From Azolla caroliniana (Eukaryota > Plantae > Polypodiophyta): a stretch of DNA of 64,000 nucleotides. Positions 23,605-38,960 of this stretch are shown here, one piece after another. The DNA lies in the NCBI GenBank assembly GCA_043228905.1, contig JBHGNT010000012.1:11656001-11720000 (forward strand), in the 5' to 3' direction. Under the pieces are notes generated by a model. That model was not told the origin of the DNA. It did no database searches and saw only the letters and a program-made list of their open reading frames with translations. Made by a program: the position numbers and the translations under genes. Every line of letters starts with the position of its first letter. The first letter of the stretch is position 1.

Positions 23605-26548
23605 CGATCAGTTGGTTATGTCGAAACCGGAGATGACACAACTCACTCGATTCGGCATATCGGAAATGTCCCATTCGGGAATGATGGCAAACAAACCTAC
23701 CTCAAAAACATCTTGCATGTCCCAACCATCACGAAAAATCTGGTCTCGGTCAGCCAAATAGTAGAACAAGACATGCAAGTGGGGTTCAATAATGAAGGGT
23801 GCTTCATTGAAAAAGACGATCAAATCATAGTGCACGATCGTCAAGAAGGCCGAATGTTCATCCTCAAGTCGAGTGAGGTGAAGTCCACCATGTTCGCTAA
23901 CAGCATCAAAGTCGAAACCGACTTGAAACTGTGGCACAAGCGAATCGGCCACATTAATCCCCAAATGCTTAAAAGGATGCAATCGAAAGGAGCCGTAATT
24001 GAACTTCCGACATTTACCGAGAAGGAGATTACGGGTGTATGTGAAGCTTGTCAATTCAGCAAACAACACCGACAACCATTCCCAAAAGAAGGGAATGTGA
24101 GCAAAGGGATCCTGGATGTTGTACATTCAGATGTATGGGGACTGCCACAGACAGCCACATTCGGCGGATGCTGATACTATGCCACATTTATCTACGACTT
24201 CTCGAGGCAAGTCTGGATCTATCCGATGCGGCAGAAGAGTGAAGTATTTGGACACTTCAAAAGGTTTAAAAATGAAGTCGAAAAAGCCACAAGTCAGCAT
24301 GTTCGATGCCTTTGATTGGATGGAGTCAAGGAGTATTTCTCGGACGATTTTACGGCCTACCTCTGAAAGGAAGGAATTCGATGAGAATTCTCATGCCGAC
24401 ACACACCTTAGCAAAACGGAGTAGTCGAATGAAAGAATCGGCACATAGTAGAGGTGGCAAGGGCCATGATGAACGAGAAGAACCTGCCGAAATCATATTG
24501 GGCAGAAGCGGATAACACAGATGTCTATCTCATGAATAGATGTACAAACTTTGGGATACACAACATAACCCCTCATGAGAAGTTCTTCGGAAAGAAGCTA
24601 GATCTATCACATATCCGAATATTTGGCTCGATCACGTACATACATATTCCCGAAGAGAAGCGACAAAAGCTCGACCCGAAGTCAGAGAAATGTATCCTTG
24701 TAGGGTACTCACTTCAATAAAAGGGGTACAAATGTTACAATCCTTCTACCCGAAAAGTTTGAGTAAGTCGAGACATCGTTTTTGACGAGTCGGCATCCTG
24801 GTACAAACTAGAGTCGACTCCAATTTCAACCCCAATCGACCCGGAATCGGCTCAGTGGACCACAGGAGCTCCTGAGTGACCAAAGCACATCTCGGCCTGG
24901 TTCGAAACTCGACAAAGGGAAGGCCAAGATGTCAGAATATGAAGATCCAATCGACAACGAATCAACTCACTCCCTTGACAGTGAGTTCGAAGGCTTCGAC
25001 ATCCCAATCATCCGGAAGAATGGAGTGAAGATAGCCTTAGACTCTGCAAACAAGAAGCTTCGTCGCTCCACCCAAATGGATGTGAAGAACGCCTTCCTAC
25101 AAGGCAAATTAGAAGAGGAAGCCCACATGATTCAACCACCAGGTTTCAACACCTGACAACAATCTGCCGACTCAGGAAGCCTTTATACGGCCTCAAGCAA
25201 GCACCGCGTGCTTGGCATTCGAAGATCACCCAATATCTGCACCAAATCGGCTTCCGAATGTCGAAATCGGACAACTCCCTATACATCCGAAACGAGTTGA
25301 ACAACCCGATTGTCATCATCCTGTACGTGGATGATCTGGTCATTGGAGGAAAGGATCTCACTGAGATCAATAAGGTCAAATCATTCCTATCCGGCAGATT
25401 CGAAATGAAAAATATGCATGAGCTCCATTACTTCCTCGGTATCGAAGTAATTCGGACACCAGTTGGGATATTGATCTCTCAACGGCACTACATTCTCAAC
25501 TTACTCTACAAGTTCGGAATGACAGAGTGCAAATCTGTGCCTACCCCTCTCGATCGAAATCTCAAACTCGATGACAATTTTAGAACAGAAGTGTGCGAGC
25601 CGACTTAGTATCGACAACTGATCGGTAGTCTAATCTATCTAACGATCACACGACTGAACCTCAACTATTTGGTTGGCCTACTTAGCCAATTCATGCAGAA
25701 TCCTCGAAATGTTCATCTCGATTGCGCTAAGATGGTACTTAGGTATATACATGGGACGATGGATTTTGGCATCATATACAAGTCGGATACAATCATTTAG
25801 TTTGAAGGGTACACGGATGCTCACTGGGACGACTATAAGGTCGATAGACGATCAACTTCCAGATTCGTCTTCTCCCTCAGTAGTGGAGAGATCTCTTGGA
25901 GTAGCAAAAAGTAGCCGTGTGTCACATCGTCAAGCACAGAGGTCGAATACAGGGGCGCGACAGTCGTTGCATGCGAGGCATCTGGCTGAAGCGCATATTG
26001 AAGGATCTGGGCGTTCTCATCAAGGATCTAATTCTCCTAAACATCGACAACATGAGCAATATCTACCTGGTTTGGAACCTAGTGTTCCACGTGCGGACTA
26101 AGCATATCGAAGTGCACTATCACTTCATCCGAGAGCGCATTCAGGTTGGAGATGTCACCCGCGCTTGAGGGGGAGTACCAAAAAACAATAGTAATCATCG
26201 ATTTCGAAGTCGACCAAAGGAGTCGAAGTAAGATAATAGGCGAGCCGAGAGTCGGACAAGGAGCACAAAGTAATCGAGCAGTGGAAAGCCAAACAACCGA
26301 AACAACTCGAAAGCCAAAGCCGATTCAACCGAATCGAAGTTTTAAGTTGTGTTTGAAGGGGCATGTTGAGAATCGAACTTAACTTCCTATAGAGATAGTG
26401 TTCACACTAGCTAGTGGACATCATACTAGGCTAGATTTGTAATTAGTAGAAAGGGCACTTGCCCTAGATCAGTTGGTATTTAAACCAACCTTTTGTAACT
26501 TAGTTACTGTTGGATGTAATTCTATTTTTACTAATATAGCTTCTTGCT

Positions 26549-26610
<62 letters not shown>

Positions 26611-26721
26611 CTTGCCTTACGTGTACTCACATACACACAAAGTTCGCTTCCATTGCATAGCACCACCTACGTCTCTCCTTCTTTACATCTGATTTGTGTC
26701 AGCTTCATATAACTCTTTACA

Positions 26722-28374
26722 ACCTCACTATCACCTGACCCAACCTCAGTTATCCAGTTGGCCTCCTTAGCCAATTCATGTAGACACCAAGCGATATTCA
26801 TCTAGATTGTGCTAATTGAGTGCTAAGATACGTGAGTGGCACAATGGATTATGGCATTCTGTACAAGTCGGTAATGCCAATTCGGCTCGAAGGGTACAGA
26901 AATGCCGACTGGGCCAACTCCAAAGTCAACTGATGCTTGACTTTAGGGTCTGTCTTCTCTCAAGGTAGTGGGGCCATATCATGGAGCAACAAGAAGCAAT
27001 TGACCGTCTCGTTATCGAGCACTGAAGCCGAATATAGAGGCAAGGTTGCAGTTGCACGTGAAGCCGTATGGCTCAAGCGGATATTGAAGGATCTGGATGT
27101 CTCCATCAACAATCCAATCTTAATATCCTAAGACAAGCTCAACCGTATACATCTTGCTCAGAACCTGGTCTTCCATGCTCGGACAAAGCACTGCACTAAC
27201 ACTTCATTCGAGAACTTGCCCTAGTGGGGGATGTTAACCTTCAACATATTTGCACCAATCTTCAAATGACCGACATCTTCACAAAAGCTCTAGGAGCCGA
27301 CAAACTTCAACAATTCATGTCGGACCTGGGTCTGTCAACCTCTGACTTGCCAAGCTTGAGGGGGAGTACCGACTGGAAGCCGAAGCCGGACATACCAAAA
27401 TGTTGTGAGACAAGCTCAACATGAGTCAGATCGGCTAAAGGCCAGTAGGCTAGATCAGCTAAAGAAGCCGACAACCGGATTGGCTAAGGAAGATCGGCTG
27501 AAGAAGTCGACAACCAGATTGGCTAGGAGCCGACAGGCTGTTAGAGGCCTACATTCCTATTTCGTAAATAGGAATAATATAGACCTTTAGTGTCAGAGCT
27601 CATGTGTGAGCATTCAAGTACTACTTAATACTTGTGTTAGCCCATTGTCAGGGCTTGTATATAAAGTGCTTTATGAGCACATTGTTTGTACACTAAGTCA
27701 TTTTCGAAATATAATTTTTTCTTGTTGTCTACTCACTTTGTCTCTCTCTCTCTCTCTCTCTCTCTCCCAAACTATGTATTCCTAACTGTCTTCTGTTGTC
27801 CAGCCTAGTCGCTTGTGTTTGTTAACTTACAAGCTTCCTCATATGTGAACTTTTACACAAAGGCCGGACAGTAGTGGAGCCGAACGTGCACGAAGCCGGA
27901 GCTGGAGACCATCAAAGCTAGAGCAGGAAACTAGCGAAGATGAAAGTTGACTATCTAGTGACTAGAAGTTGAATTTGAAGAGGCGTGTTGAGAATCAAAC
28001 TCAACTTAACCTAGTGTGGGAACACACTTTGAGAATATGTGAAGTGTGTGAACACACCACAATTATGTAACATAACTAATGTGTCATAGGACTTACATCA
28101 TATGACACATGGTTATTGAGGTAGTTAAGGTTTCCCCCCTTTCCCAAGAGGTATTTTAGTAAGAGAATGTAGATAGAAGGTGACCATATAAGCACCTTCT
28201 CCTCTCCTCTCCTCTCCTCTACAAGTAGTAGGTTGTCATTCTTGTGAATATACAGTTTTTTGTTTTCTTGTCTCTATTTCTCTCTTCTCTCATGCACACA
28301 CACACACACGCACACGCACACACACACCTCTAATCTACTACCGTATTACATACTCATACACTTGATTGTTTACA
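26722..28374 (+). mobile_element. Ty1/Copia 3' fragment (RT end/RNase H, 3' LTR 27986-28374)
   Basis: ISWSNKKQ..VSLSSTEAEY, DIFTKALG..LPSLRGS. LTR TGTTGAGAATC...TTTACA resembles 12658-13050. Confidence 0.85.
27401..27857 (+). mobile_element. Solo LTR (Copia family of 41543-41964)
   Basis: TGTTG...TTTTACA, with flanks CAAAA/CAAAG (4/5 TSD match). Confidence 0.75.
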
Positions 28375-28914
28375 ATGTATATAAGATCACATATATATAT
28401 TTATAAAAAGAATTTTTATTTTTATTTTTCCAAATTTTTTTATAAAAAGAATTGTTAACAAAAACAGAAATAAACAAATGATGTAGTCAATATATGTAAT
28501 CAAGGCGTTTGGTCTCTAAAAGTGTATGTGATACACAATTGAGGTATTGTCCTCATATGCATATGCCACACATCACATATCAAACTTGTATAATTTCAAT
28601 CACAAAGAATGTAATAATGTATGTATTATGTAATAGAGGCATAAACCTCATACACATATAATGTATATACGATTTATGCACACAAAATATGACCAAGCCA
28701 ACATGATTGAACAATTTACATTTCAAATAATGACTTAAACAAGTTTAAGAATGGGAGAATAAAGAATAGAATAAAAAAAGTTTATTATTGATCAACAATA
28801 AAGGAAATACTGAAGTTCTTTTGTCGGTGACTTTCTAGATCAACGCTCAAATGATACATCGATCGATAAACATAACCAAAAATCAACAAAAGAAACATTA
28901 GAAAGTGGCACTAA

Positions 28915-29290
28915 TATCAAATCTTAGAGATTTATTGTAATGTAAGCATAAAATAAAGAAATACATAATATAACAATATAGATTGAGAGAGAAAGAAGGG
29001 TGTAGATCCACCCAACCACCCCCAAGCGAAGGGAAGGAGATAGACTCGAGCCTTGAACGACGTCCCATATCATTGCTATGGCTTCGAGTTGTACAAGGTA
29101 TTAGTGCGCTCACCACAAGATCACAATGTTGACATAGTCGAACAATGTGTCTAATAAGGACAACTAGGCCTAATATTTATAGCTAGACCTAAGGCCCCGA
29201 GGCAAGCTCACACTTGGCCCTTAAGGGTCGTCTCAATCCCTAAGATTAGAAGTAATCCTCCTTTCTTTACGTTCTCGATTAGCCCTCACA
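28915..29290 (-). repeat. Dispersed LTR-like repeat, decayed homolog of 63655-64000
   Basis: AGAAAGAAGGGTG..GATCCACCC.ACCACCCCC.AGCGAAGGGA...TATTTATAGC...CTCAATCCC is shared by both loci. Confidence 0.7.
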
Positions 29291-29912
29291 CTTTTATCCT
29301 TTTATTGTTATGCTTGTAACACACATAGTCAAATAACATTACAACCAGCATCGGTGATCGGATAGGGGTAAGATGAGAGATAAAAGAAGCCCACACAAAG
29401 AAATGAAATATACCTTCCATGTCTTGTATAAGGGTTCTAACGTAGTGGTAAGCCCCTGTTGTCAATTAATTGAACTCATGGGCTCCCACCTTGTATATGT
29501 TGGTTGATCAAACCTTATTGAGTCACTAAATTATGCCCATCTATCTCTATTTGCTCCTCATATGAAAAAGTTAGTCCAACGTAGCATGGCCTGCCCATCA
29601 AAGCGAGACAAGTCGAGAGGCGTGGAAGTGCTTGTAGGGAAGGAAAAAAGAAGAACCAACCCTCATTTTCTTGCATAGATAGATGATGATGTTCATCCAC
29701 GCTCTTTATTTATATTTATTTTCCTACTACCTTACTCTAGTGGTAAGTTACTAAAGTAACAACTCTAAGGCCTTGGGGTTCCAAGCTCCCACTATCACAC
29801 CTCTTTACTCTTTTCCATAAATTTCTAGGGTGCCACTATGAAATATATATATATAGGTCCTAATCTTTATGTTGGACAACTCTTTTCCATTGCTCGTTGC
29901 CTCTCACTCCCA

Positions 29913-29914
<2 letters not shown>

Positions 29915-29947
<33 letters not shown>

Positions 29948-29993
29948 CTCCCCCTCCTGAATAACTCACACACACAAACACACACACACACTT

Positions 29994-30025
<32 letters not shown>

Positions 30026-30165
30026 CACTTTTCATTCACAACTAGCCCTAAAATAAAGCGCTCCTGCTTAGAATCCTCACTGCTTCTCCAGATTAGATCT
30101 ATGTATATGTATGTATGTATGTGTGCCATGAGCATGAGCATGAGCATGAGCATGAGCATGCTCTA
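29915..30165. repeat. Microsatellite cluster upstream of the PAP ATG: (GA)n, (CA)n, (CT)n, (ATGT)n, (CATGAG)n
   Basis: Directly visible. GA/CT tracts are typical of plant promoters and 5' UTRs. Confidence 0.8.
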
Positions 30166-30475
30166 CGAACCCTAGATTCTCAAGATTCCTCCAGGGGTTC
30201 CTGCAACAGTTCCCTTCTCTCTTCCCTCCTCTCGGACTGCTGCTTCTTCTACTCTCCTTGGTTCCTCCTCCTCCTCCTCCGTGTGTTTGTTTGTTTGTTC
30301 AGGATCTGAAGAATTTGTTGACGTTTGAGATCCTGAAGGAGGTCCATGCCCTTGTGTCGTGGCGATCAAGCAGCACAATTCCTGCCTGCCCGGCTACTGT
30401 AATCCTTTCCAGGCGTTTCCTCTTCTAGGTTTATTAGTCGTCGGATCATCCATCCGTCAGTGAGGTTAGTTAGGA

Positions 30476-34319
<3,844 letters not shown>

Positions 34320-36399
34320 TATATACAAACTAGTAGTGGCTCTAAAAGGCCAATGATCAGGTAAGTGAATATCTTTGCTTGAGTAGCTTCTGATAACTCA
34401 TTGCCTAAAGTCCCAACGAATTTGTTTCTTTTCAAGCTGTGCGTTTAAGCAACCACGGCGCAACAAAGAAGACCCCACCTGCAGGTGATCTCAGGGATTT
34501 GGGCATTGAGCCAGCTCTGCTTCGTGCCCCAGATTCTGAGAAAAACTGTAAGTGCATTTTTTGTCATGGTCTTAATTCAAAAAGGCAGTGTGTTCTGGCA
34601 GGTTTTTGTGCAGATACATGCAGAGTAATTTGATACCCACATGTTGAATCCAGCTTTTACCTCAAAGCACTAAATTGATATCCCTTTCAGTAAGATTGAC
34701 GTGCCTATTGCACGAAAACTGAGTTGTTGTATCAGTAGGCATGGAGCCCTCTCTTCTCTTGAAGAGGTTTATTGATCCCTTGATTAAAAACGATAAGGGG
34801 TTGGTGTAAAATGTATTTAAAGTTGTCGATGTGGAATTGGTTCAAGGGAGTACGTCAACTTTCAAGGTTGGCTGCGTTTGGTCTTGATGAGGATGGCAAT
34901 TGCTGTATCTTGCAACATTTGTAATATAAATATGTAGAGTTGGTTTGTTTTTGGTGTAGTAGTTTAACAATAGTGGTGTTGATTGTCAAGTACCAGTGAA
35001 TTTCATTACATGCTTCTTGTTCGTTCTCACATTGTTTTTCAGGATATTGTCCATTATCTACGAAGTAGAGTAGTTACGACAAGCTACACTAGTCAATTGA
35101 TTTGGTAGTTTACTAACTTGTTGAATTCAGCTGGCAATTCATCTGCTTATTAGTTGTGTTTCTTGTGATATTCTGAATATAAGGCATTCTTCACCCTGGG
35201 ACTTTATTTAGTAATTTGGAAGAGTGTTTCCAACACAAAACTGGATCAGCACATGCATCAACCTGTATGTAGGTAGCTAACCGTAGTCATATGATTTGGT
35301 AGTTTATGAACTGTTGAAGCTCATGATCTCATTTGCTTAATTGTTTTGTTTCTTGTGATACGTTGTTGGATGGTAACGCCATCTTCATCCCTAGATCTGG
35401 ATTCTGGATATAGTAAACTTGAAGAATGTTCTCCACGTAATTCTGGGTCAGCACGTGTCAACCTGTAGTTAACATATTTGAAGGGTCTCTCTTCCCCATT
35501 TGTTACAGGGGGGGGGGGCATTAGTTATCACATTAATAATAAGTCAGTTTTTCTGTATGGATACCTGCCTGGTTTTAAGTTTTAACTTGTCAAGGCTATC
35601 ACCATGGCTCATCTGAGTCTGTCAACATACAACATTCCAGACTTGAGCAAATATTTGAGAAGACCATCCGTACCTGTGGATATTCTCACAAGGAGCATCA
35701 GAAGCATTCGTTTGTTCAGATTGTGTGCTGATATTTGGAGCTTTTCTCTTAAATACCATCATTGACATGTTACCAAACCAACACAGGTTGTGAATCTCAA
35801 GAGGTAGCTAGCTAAAATATAGGAGCTCATCTAAATCCCCTTGACATGACTGGGAACAAATCTTTGAGAGACTCATGTCCTGTGGATATACTCATAAGGA
35901 TAATCAGAGGCATTAATTGACTCAGATTAATCTGTGTGTCAATATTAGGCAGCTTTTGCCTCTGTTTCGCTTGAGTGCCATTATTGGCATTTTGCCACAC
36001 CAACATAGTCAATTATGATTGAGCTTTCTCATAATATTTGAGCCCGCTAAAATACTGCAAGGTAAGACAACAATTTGGGACGAATATTTGAGAGGATGAT
36101 TTGTGCTTTTGAATTTCCGCTAATGGCTCACCATATATTCGAGGAGTGACATAAGCACCCACCATCGTTATTAGTGGTTCAATCAATAGTAAGAATCACT
36201 TGCTTTGGCTAACCATGAATAGAAACAATGATGTGTTGCCAAACCAACATAGGAGGTGGCTACCATTCTCATCGCTTCAATCACAATAGGCTTTTTATGC
36301 ATCTTTTCATTTCTTCTTGAATAGTGATATCTTGGTGACGAATGATCATCCCATCTTTGAGAGCTCATAGGTGATATTCCATTTTTCCATTCTCACAAT

Positions 36400-38045
36400 G
36401 TCCAAGAAAAGTGTATTCTTTCAAGCTTTATACAAATCCTATGAGGCATGTTCATGTTGGCATAAAAGGCCGACTCCTTCCACTTTGTATCCTTAGTGTG
36501 AACACATTCTCTACTTACGACTTGAGTATATATAAGCTCAGACCTAACATTGAAGCGAATAAGAGTAAAAAGAGTTATAGAGAAGAGAATAAGAGAGAAC
36601 TTCCATTGAAGCTTAATCTATGTCTATCTCCTACCTTACTTCTTGTTCTTGTTGCATATCTGTGTTGTTTGCTGTACACATCTTACCTTGTAGGTCCTTA
36701 TCATATTCTTCATCTAACATATTACAAGTGGTAGCAGAGCAACCTTGCTGTCCAGTGATGATGAATAGCAGAAAAGCTAAGAAGAGAAGTCATCCAGCTG
36801 AGAGAAAAAGACGAGGTCAACAACGTCTACTTCTAGTACAAGAAGGACGACATAGTTCGACACGAGTGTGGAAATTCAGAAGTTCGACAGGATGTCCTCA
36901 TCATCCGACGACAGATTGAAACCATTCGGCATAACACCAAGCCGGCCTCAATATCTGTAGAAGAATGACGATCTATGGACGAAATAGCTAGATCGACCAT
37001 TCGAATGCACCTGGCCGAAAATGTCTATTTCAGTATGGCGAAGGAGACGATTGCATTCTCTTTGTTTGAGAAACTATAGGCAGTGTACGAGAAGAAATTC
37101 GCCGCATCAAAAGTTTATATTGATTTGACAGTTATTCAACATGAAGATGAGAGAGACAGATCCAACAACCTCCCACATCAACACCTTCAATCAGGTGTTA
37201 TCTGAACTCTCCTCCCAAGGGATTAACTTCAAAGAAGAAGTTAAAACCCTGGCCCTCCTTTCAAGCTTGTCGGTGAGTTGGGAGGTATTCTTTACGACAT
37301 TTGCCAACAACCGTCCGAATCTAAATCTAGATGAGACGATCGGATAAGTCCTCACTAAGGATATTCGATGATCATTGAGTCGGTAGAAGCCCACCATTCG
37401 ATTGAGTCAATCAAATTATCCAATTGATCAAGAGAACAAGTCGGAAGAACTGGTTGAAACACCAATTGACCAAGAAAGAGGGGAGACCAAAACAACGGTA
37501 AAAGTCAAGGAATAGTTGACCAAATGATTTCTACACCCACTGTAGAAAAGATGGTCACAATGTTTCTGACTGCTAGTCGATTAAAAAGAAAGGAGAGTGG
37601 TCAATGATTCGAGCGGAATTCAGGACGTTTTGATTTGAATCATTCTCCAATCGGCAACCAAATCAATGTTGCAGATTCCCGATCAGGAGAAATCCTCTCT
37701 CTGAAGGATTCAATGATCGGACAAGTCCTTTATAGTGTGCTGGACACACGAACGTGGTTACTGGACTCCAGTGCCACATTTCATGTGACACCAAATATCA
37801 AATGGTTTTCGAACTATTTGGCCGGAGCCGTCGACACTATCTGACTCGACAATGGGCAGGAATGCAAAATCATTGGAATCAATGAAGTACCAATTCGATT
37901 GCCGAATGACAATACAATCTTCTTGCACCATGTCCGGCACGTACCCGAGCTCAAAAGGAGTCTAGTCTCCATCAACATGTTAGCCAAAGATGGGCACCGA
38001 ACAACTCTCAGCGAGTCGTCATGGATGATCAATTGACGAAACATG
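36400..38045 (+). mobile_element. Degenerate Ty1/Copia 5' part (LTR ending 36726, PBS 36729-36740, gag, protease)
   Basis: ...ATTACA AG TGGTAGCAGAGC; gag ARSTIRMHLAENVY, LALLSSL; protease WLLDSSATFHVT. LTR start approximate. Confidence 0.75.
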
Positions 38046-38049
38046 ATGC

Positions 38050-38960
38050 GTCAGATCGTCGGTCAACATCCGGATTTATGTTCTCGCTTGGTGACTGTTG
38101 CGTGGAATAGCAAGAAGCAGTCAACAGTGGCCCTATCGATCATTGGGGCTGAGTATCCGGGCACTACCGTTGCCACCTATGAAGCCATCTGGCTTTGGCG
38201 ACTGATGCGAGACCTCCAAATCGAAGTACTGACTCCAATTCTGATCTACTGCGACAACATGAGCATCATGCAGCTTGCAAAAAATCATATGCTCCATGCT
38301 CGGACGAAGTGCATAAAAGTGCATTATCACTTTGTGCGCAAGCGAGTCCTCAACGGTGAAGTTGAACTTCGGTTTGTTCGGATGGATCGACAGGTTGCCG
38401 ACATCTTCACCAAGGCACTTGGATTCGACAAGTTGCAACATTTTTCAGAGATGCTTGGCTTACAACATCTCGACATGCCGCACTTGAGGGGGGGAATCGG
38501 AACAGGAACCGGGAAAACAGGTAATGGCATTGGACAAGCAGCCGGAGAGTAGGAAACCGAAACCGAAATAGGGGGAGACAAGAAGAAAAAGGAAGCCGAG
38601 TTGACGTAAGAAGTCGGCACATCCAAAAAAGTCGGAACAAGCACCGACTACGGCAGAGTCAAGAAGGACAGAGCCGACTGGAAAAAGAAGGACAAGACTC
38701 GGACATGGTTCGATGTTGTTAAGGGCTTGAAGATTGAAGACGAGTTGGAGACAACCAACTTGAACAATAGTGGGAATGAATCGGAGGCAGACGATTCGGT
38801 TCAAAAGCTTGATTCGGACGAGCTGGATCAGTTGAAGGCCAAGTGGACGAGAAGGCAGTGGACTGGGAGGAGTCGACGGGTCGAAAAACGCCAAAGTTGT
38901 AGCAACAAAGGAGCTAAGATGGGCCTGTTGAGGAGACAAGCCGACTGAGAAGGTCAAGGA
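38050..38960 (+). mobile_element. Copia RNase H fragment and purine-rich 3' region
   Basis: ORF 38043-38552: AWNSKKQSTVALS, IYCDN, HARTKCI..HYHF, ADIFTKAL..HLRGG. Confidence 0.8.

Larger units (their letters stand above)
18722..26687 (+). mobile_element. Degenerate full-length Ty1/Copia element (5' LTR 18722-22043 interrupted by a LINE; 3' LTR 26364-26687)
   Basis: The LTR halves match 26364-26687. PBS TGGTATCAGAGC 22044-22055. gag EKLDRANFASWEYKM, INT and RT/RH fragments with many stops and deletions. Confidence 0.9.
13051..26721 (+). mobile_element. Fragmented Copia-type LTR (pieces 13051-13082, 18617-18721, 26688-26721) split by younger insertions
   Basis: The pieces resemble consecutive parts of the solo LTR 27401-27857 and end ...AACTCTTTACA. 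Confidence 0.55.

Noticed and set aside
35000-36400. Short ORFs downstream of PAP
   Set aside because: No recognisable domains or coherent exon chain.
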